A stretch of DNA of 64,000 bases from Camelus ferus (Eukaryota). Location of the stretch: contig NC_045729.1 of NCBI RefSeq assembly GCF_009834535.1, forward strand, positions 7,998,001 to 8,062,000. Reading direction: 5' to 3'. Below the pieces are notes generated by a model, which was given only the letters and a program-made list of their open reading frames with translations, was not told where the DNA came from and ran no database searches. Of this stretch, positions 38,943 through 52,022 are shown one piece after another; position 1 is the stretch's first letter, and every line of letters begins with the position of its first letter. The translations under genes were made by a program, and so were the position numbers.

Positions 38943-39639
38943 CTGTTTTCTTTGTATTCACTGTAGTTTTCTGATTTTCACCAGTTAAAGCGCAAGGAAA
39001 AACAAATATTTTAGAGGCATGTGAAAGAGATAACACAGAGAGATAACATTCACCTCTGAGATCTCTCCCTGAGGGTCCCTCTCTGTGAGATCTGTTGTTC
39101 CAGGGACTACATTTTTTAAATTTCATTTTGATTTCATTTCGTTCCAAGTTGTAGAATGTTCTCTCAGCTTTTCTCTTTGAGCTTGATGTATCATGGAAAT
39201 CCTGTAACCTTTTTTCTTTGAATCACCCACCTCCATTCTAAACTCTGCTTCCTTCTCAGTAATGTCTGAATTCAAGCCTGGTGTATATAGATTTGGCATT
39301 ATCTCAGTTGCTAAAGTGAGATTTTCAATCCGTGCTTGATTGAATCACCCTTAGCTCTTGCTTCTTCGGGGAAGGGATGAGAACACAGAAGTACAAAATA
39401 AATAACCTATAGGTTTATTCTTATATTTCCCATAGCTAAGCATCAGAAAGCTGAGCTCTTGTGTAGCCTTTGACACAGGTTTTTGGGGTTTGTATTTATT
39501 TTACCCCACTTATGAACATTGAAATAGGCAAGGAATCACGAATATATTAAAAAAAAAAAAAAACCTATCTTAAGCAGAAGACTCATGCCTCTAACCAGAT
39601 GAATGGAGATTGTTTCTCAGGTTACTGAGTTAATCATTT

Positions 39640-40050
39640 CTTAACATTTTCCACCACTCCTTAGAACTCCAGACTCGTGTATCAAACAGGTACTTGAAGC
39701 TCCACTTGGATACCTAATACACATTTGAAAGTCACCATGTCTAAAACCAGATGCTACATTCCTACTGGCAAAACTTGACCCTTCCCCCCAGCCTTTCTTC
39801 CAGTCACTCAGGCCAAAACCTGGAGTTGTACGTGACACCTCTCTCTCATACTTCATGTGCTCTCTGTCAGCAAAATCTGTTAGGTCTGCCTCCAGAATAT
39901 ATCCAGAGTGTGGCCGGTTCTCTAGCTCTCTACTGCCTCCTTCAGTCCAGTCTGGGTACCCATCACCCAGTATATACGGATGTAGCTGTACCAACTGTTA
40001 GAACACTGAAACATTTCTGTCTTAATAAGACGTAGCACACCAGAGATCAC
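39640..40050 (+). mobile_element. L2 fragment, continuing at about 40620-40940
   Basis: ctccagactcgtgtatcaaac...ccacttggatacctaatacacatttgaaagtcaccatgtctaaaacc is typical L2. Confidence 0.65.
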
Positions 40051-40939
40051 AGAACTGTGTATCAGACCTCCTAGCAGTTCTGGCACAGATGTGGGTCCCC
40101 TACTCCCATCCCAGGGCAGCTAAACAGACCAGCAATAAGAACATGTATGATGTTTGCCTGCTGCTCATTGCAGTGGCAGCTCAATGTCTGTGAAGGTGAC
40201 ACAGGTTGTGGGGCAGGTAATGTTGGTACATAGTGGGGCTGAGATGGAGGATTTCTGAGTCCAGGTGATGCAGAGACACCTTCCAGCTGCAACCAAATAC
40301 TGGTGCCATGGACCTGATGACCATCAATTTCATGGGGAAGTCAGTGGAAGAGGGTGATGGGCCCCTGTATCAAGTAATGACTCAGATGAGGACATCCTTT
40401 AGCTAGTGACAACCACATCAAAAAAAAAAAAGTCACATCCATTTCTAGAAATCTACAAGTCTTTTAGAACATTACGGTGATTTCAGAACATACTTTTGCT
40501 AAAATATATTTAACTGGCTAAGCACGATTGAAACTATTTAGTCTTATAAGAAGACTGTGTGTATATATAATTATGTATTGAATTTAAATATAATTTTATA
40601 TTAAATATTTAGATTCTTCACTTCTATCCTAGTCAGCCTACAGCAGCCACAATATTTTTTTAAATCATATTACATTGTGCCTCTACTTAACACCCGCCTA
40701 TGGCTTTCCATTTTTCGAAAAATGAAAACCAAACACTTTCCAAGGCCCACAAGACACTACATCTTTTTACTACCTCTCCCCTCGGATCATTTCCACTTTA
40801 CCACGCTGGCCTTGCTGTTCTTTGAAACAGAACCATACATACTCTCGGATCATGAGTTCGCTTCCACCTGGAGCGTTTCCCCCGCAAGCCTCCTCCTGTG
40901 ATTATTTAGGGTTTCTGCTCCAGCGCCCTCTCACGAGAG

Positions 40940-41130
40940 AGTGCAGTATGGTGGTTAAGAAAATAGACTTTGTAGCAAGACTCTCTTGCTTTCAATTCAG
41001 TTTTAACACTTAGCATCTGTGAGGTCTGAACAAAAGTAAGTATCTTCGTTGTGACTCATTTTCTCCATACATAAAATCAGAATGATTATAGTACCTACCT
41101 CACAAGTTGTAAGTGAGTTCATGTGCATAA
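40940..41130 (+). mobile_element. MIR
   Basis: gagtgcagtatggtggttaag...ttttctccatacataaaatcagaatgattatagtacctacctcac. Confidence 0.7.
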
Positions 41131-43249
41131 AAAGCTAAAATAGTTTCATTCATTCACGAAGGACAAAAGCTGGAAATGAAGGACTGCCTGGAAATTGACT
41201 AGACTCTTAGTAAATGACGAATTCAACGCATTACGTGTGTCCTCTAGGACAGAGAAAAATGATCTTTGCCACATGAATCTGATCTCTTACAAACTCTGCA
41301 GTAAAGAACTTATACCTGCCCACTCACTTTTGTTTTTCCAGATTCTTTAACACCTGCCACCTGCCTGTCATCAAATAGTGTAATGTGTAAAATATGACAG
41401 TGTGTAAAGGGAAACATTTTACACACAGAGGAGGTTTCCGCTGTCACCTGTCATTTATTTGTTCATCCAGTGACAAACATTGGACATCTGCCATCTGGCG
41501 AAAACAACTAGGTGTGTTTCTTTTCTTTTAGGAGGAGTGGGACGTTATAAGCAGGCTAGGTGCTGATGCTGCCCGAAAGTAGTCTGAGATGGAAAGAATC
41601 AGGAGGGGAAAAAGGGGCTCAGGGTCCAGAATTGCAGAAGAGACAGTTCCACCTCATAATCAAAATTGAGACCAACCCTTGGTTACTAGACAGACTTGAC
41701 ACCGGCAGATCCAGAGCTATTCCCCAGTAGCTCTGAGGCCAGCTGGGTGAGCAGACAGAACACTACGCATCCTTAAAACCATCATTTTCCCCTGCTTTAC
41801 TTTACCCCAGTGCCACAGGTTTATTCCACAATTCCTCATCACTTGCCACTTGGCTCGAGACTTTCTCTAAGTAAAAATCCTGTTCCCCCCAGCCACAGAC
41901 ATTTCTAAATATTTGGCCCAGTGTCCTGACACATAAAGGTCTCAGAACCAGCAGTGACTTAAATAAATGGCCCCCAGTTCCCGAAGAAAGTCTAACTCCC
42001 AGAGAAGTGGTTAGCCACTTAGTAAACATAAAGAAGCATGTTTTTCCCCTCCATTGGTTGATTTTTCTTATTGCTGTTTAAAGATTTGGCATTTATGGGG
42101 CAAGAAATTTCCTCTTGGATAAAAACATAATTATAAAGAAGAAAGAATGAAAAGATGTCTAGATCTCTTGGGGTTCCCCCTCCCAACTTTTGTCATTTTC
42201 ACCATGTCAGAGGTAGCGACAGAACTGAAATGAGTGTCTCCAAGGACCCGTGCATTAAAATAACCATAACAAATCCTACAGGCTGTTTAAGAGGAAACCC
42301 AAGGGCCACGCTCTTCCCATGATCTTTATGCACAATTCCCATCAATGGTGATGGGAATTCCCTACAGACAGAGGAAGGAAGTTACTCTAATTACACCCCC
42401 TTGATAATTTACCGCACAGATCCAAGTTTAAGTTCATGAAAATCTTAACCAGCCTTTCACTTCAGACCAAAATACCTTATCGGAGCCAAATTTCATTTTA
42501 GGTTATTTACATCTTCATTCAGACTCATTTTCAATAGTTGTCCCAGTTCTCAGGAACTGTACTGTATGACACCCCTCCCCTAACTTTAATACTCCCTGGG
42601 GTCATTTAAATGCAACTCTTACTTTGCACAGTGTTTACATTAATCACTTGAGAAAACATAAAAATATGAAGGCTGGGTTTCCACCTACTGTTGGATTAAC
42701 TTCAGTTTGTATTGAATAAATGTTGAAAAAATGGAGGATAAAAGAATTGTCTGTAAAACTGAAGTTAAAATACACCTTTCACCCAAGCCATGGTAACAGA
42801 TTTTTCAAAAGTCTTCAATTACCTGTCATTGACTGTTGGAAAAAAAGTCTACACTCTTCAAGCATGACAGTCAAAGCACTTTGCGGTTTGATTCCAACAT
42901 TTACAGTCTCGCTTCCTGACCTGTTCGAACAGTGTCACGTGTAAAACCCTGCAATGTACAACATGATGCTTCACATTCACTGAGCGCTTCGCTCCTCTGT
43001 CTCCCAGACAAGCCAGCACATCTCTGGGGTTGAAAATCTGTGCTTTCTCTGTCTACCAAAACTACTGCTTTTACAAAGCCTTCTCAAATCCTCCATCTAG
43101 ATTACTTCTTTATCCCCACACTGTGTACCTCTGTTGATTGGCTATTTCATAATAACTGGTGTTCTGTAATGTTTTCATATCATATACATCTCTCCTCAGA
43201 TTGTAAGTCTTTTCTCCAGGTTACTTAGCACAGTGTTTGCCTAAAATAG

Positions 43250-44215
43250 ATGGTGAAACAGCCTGACAATTCCCTCTCCCAAATCCATTCTTCTCTACTT
43301 TAATAGCAACAGAGCTGCCGCATTCCCCACCTCTATTGCCATTAGCTGTGGCCATGTGCCTAATTTGGGGCCAATGGCCTGATAGCAGGAGTCAAATGGA
43401 CTACTTCTCATTCTTGATTTTAAAAACCCTGAGCTTATGTTTCTCTATCCTCTTTCCCTACCTGTGGACCAAACAGATATATGGTGGAGACCAGCTTTGA
43501 CCAAGATGATGATGTAAAGAATATTCCATTGTGTATATAAATATACATATACACATGTATATACATATAAACATATACAACACATATATACATATATATT
43601 TATGTACAAATGGAATATTACTCAGTCATAAAAAGAATGAAAAGAATGAGCAAAGTGGATGAATATTGGGCTTAGTGAAATAAATGAGACAGAGAAAGAC
43701 AAATACTGTATGATATCACTTATATGTGGACCTAACAAAATACAAATTAAGTATATGCAAAAAAGAAACAGGCTCACAATATAGAAAACAAACCAGTGGT
43801 AACCAGTGGGGAGGGGGAGGGGCAAGTTAAGAACGTGGGATTAAGAAATACAAACTACTGTGTATAAAATAGATAAGCAACAAGGATACATTGTATAGCA
43901 CAGGGAATTACAGCCATTATCTTGTAATAACTTTTAATGGAGAATAATCTATAAAAATATTGAATTACTTAGCTGTATATGTGAAACTGATATAACACTG
44001 TAAATCAACTATACTTCAAGAAAAAAGAAAAAATGTAAATAACACTAACTGGCTTTGTGGGATAGAGCCACACCAGCCTGGACTGTCTACCTCTAGACAA
44101 TTATGTAAGGAAGAAAGAAATATTTATTTATATTTTAGTGGTTTTTGAGTTTTTCAAATTATTTGTATATTTTGTTACTATAGTACAGCTTAGCCTTACC
44201 CTAACTAACACAGTG
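43250..44215. mobile_element. MLT1-like (ERVL-MaLR) solo LTR interrupted by an L1
   Basis: agctgtggccatgtgcctaatttggggccaatgg and gagccacaccagcctggactgtctacctctagac resemble MLT1 LTRs and flank the L1 at 43520-44033. Confidence 0.6.
43520..44033 (+). mobile_element. 5'-truncated L1 3' end with a fold-back 5' junction
   Basis: Ends in aacactgtaaatcaactatacttcaa plus A tail. TSD atgtaaa(g/t)aa. Confidence 0.85.
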
Positions 44216-44279
44216 GTAAATTAGATCAAATAGAGTGGTAGCCCGCAGAGAGGCAGAAGATATTCGCCATTCTCGTACC

Positions 44280-45090
44280 CTACAAAAGACTCATATGTAT
44301 AATTTGTAAAGAACTCTTATCAATTCATAAGAAAAACACAGACAAACAAATAGAAATAACTGGCAAACAGCATGAGAGAGCAGTTACAAAGGAAAGAATC
44401 CAAAACACCAACATGCATAGCAATAGTTGCTCAGTTTCACCCATAATCAAAAAATGCAAAGTAAAATCACAGTGTGATACCATTTCATGCCACCAGAATG
44501 GTTAATCCGAAAAAGGGAAAAGTATTGGAGAGGATGAGGAACTCGAATATACTATTAGTGAAAGAGTACACTGCCGCAGCCACTTGGAAAAACTGTGAGA
44601 GGGTCCTTCTAACACTAAACATGGCAGACGTGACCCAGCAAGTCCACTTGGGGTGTATACTCAAAAGGCTGGTATGAGAATGGCTATAGTAGCGCTGTAT
44701 TATAGCTCCAAACTGGAAACAGCCCAAATGTTTACCTCTAATAAGATGGACATGTGCATCAAAACAGAGTTATAAAAGGGACTACTATAGAACCATGAGA
44801 GTGACTCGTTGACAACTACTCACGCTGGTAGATCTCTCAGATACACTTGAGAGATCAAAATATTTACAAACAGGCAGCACAACTGTGTTGTGTTTACAAG
44901 TCAAGACATCATTTACCCTTGAAGGGCAAAGGGCAGTATCTGAAAGGCAGCATGAGGAGGCTTCTGGGTTCCTTTAATACTCCGTTACTCAGGTGCAGTC
45001 ACCTTGGGGAAATCCATGGACCTGTACGTGATAACTTGAGCACGTTTTTATGTGCACAGTTTTCTTTAATAAAATTTAAAAGAATTTAAG
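44280..45090 (+). mobile_element. Old L1ME-like 3' region
   Basis: tttgtaaagaactcttatcaattcataagaaaaacac and aaaatgcaaagtaaaatcacagtgtgataccatttc. Confidence 0.65.
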
Positions 45091-45429
45091 CAAACGAAAT
45101 ATGTTAAAGGGAAAGAATGAAAGGTAAAAAATGAACCACTGAAAAATGAATTAAAACTGATCAACAGGGATGGAAATCTACTTTTTAAACTGTGTGGTAA
45201 ATGCATTGAATTTTTCTGGATTGAATGACTGTTAAAAGACCTTATAAAATTAATACCATTTAAAGTGCACTTATTAATATTAGTATCACAGTTTTGAGAT
45301 TTAGAGCTCATGCTGGAGCATAACTATAATCATTCATTTAATGATTATTTCTTTAGTAACTACTCTGTGCCAGGCACTGTGTTAAAACTCTGGGAATACA
45401 AATTGTAAACCATATCATGGCAAGGTGCC

Positions 45430-45697
45430 TATAGCCTGAAAGATTATGCCCAATTATATTATTGCTATATTATGATATTTAATATATATTGTAATACATA
45501 TATTATGTATATAGCACATATATTATACATAAATAATACAAAATGCATATGAGCATATATAACATGTTTAACATATATAATACATTATAACAATATAATA
45601 CATGACATGTATTATGTGTGTTATATATTATATATAATATATATATGTAATATATACAATATATAGTATCTATACAATTGCATATATGTATTCTGTA

Positions 45698-45740
<43 letters not shown>
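45430..45740. repeat. AT-rich low-complexity tract ending in a pure (TA)n microsatellite (about 45700-45738)
   Basis: Read directly from sequence. Confidence 0.9.
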
Positions 45741-45741
<1 letters not shown>

Positions 45742-48725
45742 GTACATAATGATAGTAATTACTTATTTTTATCTAATATATTTCCCATAGGGTTATTCTG
45801 AGGATTTAGACAGAACTTGTGCTCAGCACAGTGCCTGAAACTTAGTACATCCTCAATGAATCTTAACCTTCATCAATGTAATTACTGTTACTTTTGCAGC
45901 AGCAGGCATAGCTTGGATTGCTTCCAGAGTGGTGTCAACCAAAGGGCAGAAAATGAAAAGAAATCTTTAGCAGAGAAGGCAATAAGGGACCAATGAAAAG
46001 AGGGGGGCAGAGTGGAGTTGCTGTAGATTGTGTACAAGGCTCCTAGAAGAATCCTTGTGACCCCAGGGGAAGACGAAGACATTGATAACTGCTGCGCAGG
46101 TCAGCAGTTCCTACAGTCCCCCTTCTCCCCGGGTTGTGTGTCTGACTTCGCAGACAGAAACATCTTAGAAGGCAGGAAAGAAGACAGTGAGGGCATCCAA
46201 GCCCTCTCCTCTTATATGAGTTTCCTTCTTTGTATTATAAGTGACAGAGTCACCTGCAGAGGTTAAATGGCTTAGAATTAGAGAACTATTAGAAAATGGA
46301 GTGAATGTGAGTAGGATTTTTAACTCAAAATGACAAGCTATGCCTTTAGCTCATCCCCTTGACATTGAACTAACAAAACACAAAAATTTTAAATCAGAAT
46401 TAGTCTACTGCAGTCCCATAAATAAGGAAGCTTCTCATCAGTGGGAAAGAAACCCTGAGGAATCTCTGGAAAATATAAAGAAGATGGAACAGAGTGGCTG
46501 GGAAAACCAATCAGAGCTGAGGCATAGACCCAGATTCACTCGGAAGAGATACTAGTGGCTGGACAGCAAAGGTCAGAAAATACCCAGAGTCCAGAGATGG
46601 GAGGGTCTGGGAACAGAAACAGGAGCAGACGGTGAAACGGGGACAGCGCTGGGCTGTGGAGACACGTGCTGCTCTAAGGACAGCGACTGGCACCGTGGGC
46701 ACCGGGAGCCCTACTAGTACCTGAGGTCGCCAGTGAGGCCAGTGCAGCTCTGGGCCTGCAGGTCACTTGGGCCACCGCAAGTGATAGGGAGAAAAAGAAA
46801 AGGATCCCAGCTGAGGGTAGCATTTGAATTAAAGTTTTATTCAATGCCCTTTGAAAGTTTCTAACATCGGGTCACAATTTATGTTTAAAGATTATGTATG
46901 TTGACACGCTTCTTGACAGATCCCAACTGTGGCATTCTCGAAAGGGTCTAAATTTGACATTGACATTAAATCTTTTTTTTTTTTAAGTCACCTAGGAACA
47001 TAATTCAACTTACAGTATCTCCATTTTAGGTGGAACTACCATTGGGCAGAAAGGGTTTCTGACATGCCTTTGGTCTTTGTACTTGAATGGTGTTATCCTG
47101 GATTTGGGAGAAAAAGCGAACTGGTTTGAAGCATGGAACTAGGCTGCCCAGGACATGCAGTTGCCATGGGAATGTGCCTCACCGCGGAGGCCACCTACAG
47201 AGGAACATGTACAGAGAGCTTAGTCTGGAATGCTGGAATGGCAACTGTGGTAAACATAACAAAGAACAAGTGTTCAGTAAACACGAGGCATTTATCAACT
47301 TTAAATACAATTTCTGGCGTTTGAATAAAAGATTTTCTGTATATTTATTCAAAATAAAATGATTCTGCCCCTGATTTCCTTTTGCACACCACCTTTAATG
47401 CCAATCGAATACAATTCATTGAGCAAAAATAGGATTCTTTTCAACCTTTTATCAGAGAAAATTTCAAACATATGCTGCAGTGGAGAAAATAATATAATCA
47501 ACTCCATGTATTTATCACCCACCTCAATAATGACCAGCTTACAACCAATCCGTTTTCCTCTTTTCCCTCCCTGTGCTTCCCTGTGTCCCTCTCTGTTTTA
47601 AAGAACTCCCAGCATCACATACTTTTATCTGTGAATATCTGACTACATATCTAAAAGATATGGAAGCTTTAAAAAAAAAATTGTCACACCCAGAACAAAA
47701 CCAACAGCAACCTCTTAATTTCCTCAGGGTGCTCCAAAGATCATTATTGCCACAGCCACAAAAATGCTCATCCTTAGTGGTAATTAGAAATGCTTACAGA
47801 AAAGACAAAATTTATACATGTTTGCTAAAACTGTAAGACAGCAACAAGGAGATTAGAGTACAAACAGGGGGTAGAATGTCCAAGCCACCAAGAGACCACA
47901 AGGGGTAAAGACTAATGAATGCATCCAGTTAACAGAGAGTGGAAAGCGGCAGAAATAAAATGAACTATATCGAAGTAAGAGAGACACTACTTGAAACAGG
48001 GACTACTGTGATTCCAACAAATTATACTTCAATATAGTTTCGATATTTTGTTAATATTTGGTAGGGTAGTCAAATCCTATTTACTTCTACTTTTAAAGTT
48101 CAAATCAACTTCACATTACGGTTTCTTTAGACCGATTAGATACCCATATCCATGGACTATTTATTTTACTCTAAAAACAAAAAGGGGAAAAAAATCTTTA
48201 GAGTTGATTTTTCCTTAAAATGATGTGATTTATACTATCTGCCTTTTACAACTATTAATTGGTACCACTGATCATTATAAATAAATTCTTCAATCAATAA
48301 TTAGCTCCAGAGACAAAGACATCCTTTAAGCCCTAAAACCAACAGAATTATGAATCATTTGTGAAACTTTAGCAGTATTTCTTGCAATATTTCTTGCCTT
48401 TCAATTCAACATATTGATTATGTATGTAACTATATGTATATAATTATAATTGTTTTGGCACAGTAATTAGATATAAAGAGGAACATAACAAAACCTCACT
48501 GCTAGAGAAAATTGTAGCCTAATGAAGAGAGGATGGGAGGTTTAGAACAAGGTGGAACCTGGCAGGACCATAAGAGGTGTGCAAACAAAAGATTATGTAA
48601 AAATCTGAGGGTGGGAATCATATTCAGATACCAAAACAAAAGAACAAGAAGACTTCGATACGGGCTTAAGTAATGGCAATATCTCAACAGGCAGCGATGA
48701 CAAGGAGTATAAACCATGCAAATGA

Positions 48726-49220
48726 GTGACATTGATTCATTCATTCATTCAACATATATTGACTAAGCAAGGTATCACAGTGCTAAATTCTGGGAACGCA
48801 GCTTTGAGCAAGATAGACAAGGTCCCTGGCTTCATTTGTAATGTTGTGATGGAGAACAAGCAACAAAAAGATAACAAAAAAAATTTTTTCAGCAACAGGA
48901 TAATTTCAGCTAAGGATTAAAAAAAAAAGATGAAGGAAATAAACAAGGGGATATGATTGACTGGGTAAGGACATGGGCAATTCTTTAGGTGGGGTGACGT
49001 AGGAAAGTCTCTTCTGAAAAGGTGACATTTCAACTGAGATCTGCAAGACAGGAAGTTGCCAGAGGAAAGGCAATGAAGTGTCCAGAAGCCTGAGACAGGG
49101 TTTGTTGGGAGGAATAAGACAAAGGTCATGTGTCTGAGATGGAAAGTGTTTGGAGAGTCAGAGCACAAAAGGCCTCCACTTTCACTCCAGAAACAGTGGG
49201 GAGGCATTGAAAGGACTTAG
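48726..49220 (-). mobile_element. L2 3' end
   Basis: cattcattcattcaacatatattgactaagc is the reverse-strand L2 terminus. Confidence 0.65.
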
Positions 49221-49244
49221 GCAGGGCTGGCCACCATCTAATTT

Positions 49245-49315
49245 ACATACATATAATATTATATATTTATAATATTTATAATATATTTATAATATTATAT
49301 ATATATATATAAACT
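49245..49315. repeat. AT-rich low-complexity repeat
   Basis: Read directly from sequence. Confidence 0.8.
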
Positions 49316-51113
49316 CTATGTGTATATGGAAAGAGTTTATTCTGGTGGCTGTGAGCAAAGTGGAAAAGAAAGGGGCTTGTTCAAGAACAGCAGAAAGGGA
49401 TAAGATGAAGTTTTTACTGAAGAAATAAATGAGAAAAGGGAGATAGATGAATTCAGAAAGTAGATTAGGGTCATATTACAAAGGCTTGAGTGTCCCAGTG
49501 GGAAGTATGGATTTATTCTGAAACAAAGGATGTGATCATGGGTTCACTTCATGAAAACGATTTTATTAACAATATGCTGAGTGATTTCTCACCTTCCATA
49601 AAAGAACAAAGAATTATAGATTCTTAGAATGTTAAGATTAAAAGGAAACTGAGGTTGTGCAAGGCAACTCTCTCCATTTTGTAGAGAACCATCCTAAAGG
49701 TAAAGTTGTTTAAGAAAAGGTTGAACCCACTTGCCTGGCTCCCAATGTGTTTCCACTGTACAACAGAGTTGTCTGAGGGGGCAAAGGCCAGAAACATTAA
49801 AATCACACCATGTTTATCACAATTACATTGTCCTAATTTTGCATCCTATAAATGATTTGTGCCACTTTATGAACACTGAAATCAGACCTCTTACACAATG
49901 CTTACCAAAAGTACTTGCTTCTTCTGTTACAATGCTTAGTGACCCATGTTGGGGGTGAGAGGGCAACTGGGTCTTCCAGAATCTGGGGAAAAAAGAGATT
50001 TTCTATTGCATCTGCCAAAAGGGAGACTTCCATTTTATTTAATAAGAAGTCTGTATTAATTCGACATTTGGATGAGGTCCAAAGTCAGTTGCAGTAAATC
50101 TCGATAACCACTGCTCATTTCAAGGCAGAGCCAGGCAGTTTGTTTATTTTAAATGTTTGCTCGATGGGTTACTCCCCTGGGAAAATGACCTTATTTTCAT
50201 CTCAGGCCCAAGGGAAGCTTCTTACACTGTGGAATCTTATTCGAGGACATGTCTGGAAAGATGAAAGTTACAGACAGTATTCTACCAGCGTGATGTGATT
50301 CACTTCATTAACAAAGTTTTTTTTTTTTTTTCATTTTTAAAAATAAAAGTAGGAAGACTGAGAAGTTGTAACCCTTCCTACCTTCTGCCCCTACTACCAC
50401 TCTGAAAGCATTACTGAGAACTGCTCAGTGCCACCCGCACTACTGCATTCCTGTTACTTTCAGTGTCCCAGAGGTGACACAGGTAACAGCTCCCATGAAG
50501 TGAAAGGAGGCAGGTGGGTCTATGAATCCTGAGTGGGTGCAAAGCAGTGTGATGGGTACACCTACTGCAAACAAGGCAAGCATTTGGAATGGGCAGAAAG
50601 CAAGTCTGCAGTGATCATACGTAAATGTGGGGATCGTATATAAATGTGGAGTGATTATATGTAAATATAGGGATCATATGTAAATGTTGTCACTCCGCCT
50701 TTCTTTTCTTCATCCCTTTCTTCAAAATGCTAACAGCTAAGCAGGCGTTTCAATGCTTGCCTTTGGTTAGGAATCAGATGTCTCTTGCACACACATTGAA
50801 GTTGTGAATACCCCTCGGGTGATAACACTTTATGCTATCTCAGTCACTAACACAATTCTCTGCATCAGTTAATTTTTTGACTTTTCTTAGACACTGCAGC
50901 TGAGGAAGAAAACGGCAGAAATGAAGCTTTGCAGCTGGAAGAGAAACACCATAAGGACAACTATGGAGCATCTGGCTTCACCTCCTTGAAAGGCTGAAGA
51001 GGACTGTTATAACAACATGGACATAAGCCATGATCTCAACATCCCCAGAAATTCTTGTGTCTAGAGAGTGGGATAGGGGACGGGAAAGACAAGATGAGAA
51101 AAGAAAAATGGAA

Positions 51114-51241
51114 GCAGGGAGGTATAGCTCAGTGGTAGAGTGTGTGCCTAGCATACATGAGGGCCTGAGTTCAATCCCCAGTACCTCCAGTAATAAATAA
51201 ATAAATCTAACTACTTCCTTCCCCAAAAAAACCCACAAAAA
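51114..51241 (+). mobile_element. tRNA-Ala-derived SINE
   Basis: ggtatagctcagtggtagagtgtgtgcctagc...gagttcaatccccagtacctcca plus tail. Short aaaaatg TSD. Confidence 0.88.
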
Positions 51242-52022
51242 TGATATAAAATAGTCACTTAGTAAAATTTTTTAAAAGGCTGGTAGGGAAGAATAAAGAA
51301 AACAGTGAAAAAATTAGACTCAGTCCCTATCTCACTTAGGACACACCAACCAGGTCATTGAGTTTACATACTATAAACAGTCACTTCCCTTCTGGAGCCA
51401 GACTTCCACTAGTCTCTGCAAATATAGTCTTGTCCTCCATCTGAGGTCATGCAACAATCATTTTGACCAGAATGCTTACCAAAGATACATTAAGACTGGA
51501 CAGCTTGTCTGGAAACAGGATGAGAACAAGCTTCATAGTGCAATTTTCAAGGTGACTCAACGTGGGTGTCAGGTGAGGCAGCCTAGGCTGGAGAACGGCA
51601 GTCTGTGCGAGACAGAATCCATCTGGAAGGCCAGGCCAGCCCGCTGCTTCTGTGGATGTCAGTTCCAGGGCAGAAACAGAAAAGGAGAATGGAGAATGAG
51701 AGGCAACTCCATAAAGCTCTGTGCCAAGATGCATGGACTAACCTTCCTAATCACTCTCCAGACACCCCAGACACAAGCTCTAAACAAACACCCCAGATCT
51801 ATCTAGGAAAAAAAAATCTCTAGTGTTCCATTCTCTTGGAAAATTTACTCAAGACATCTTGGCTGGAATAATAATCAGGTGGAAAAAATAAGTGTATGTC
51901 CCTTTTTTTCATGATCAAAAAGAAAAATGAAGTTGTTTACTCAAACAGAAAGTGTAGCTCCTCTCCAAATACATGAGGATGGGCTGAAAGGAAGGTGGTG
52001 TTTTCTTGGCAGGAAAGATTTT

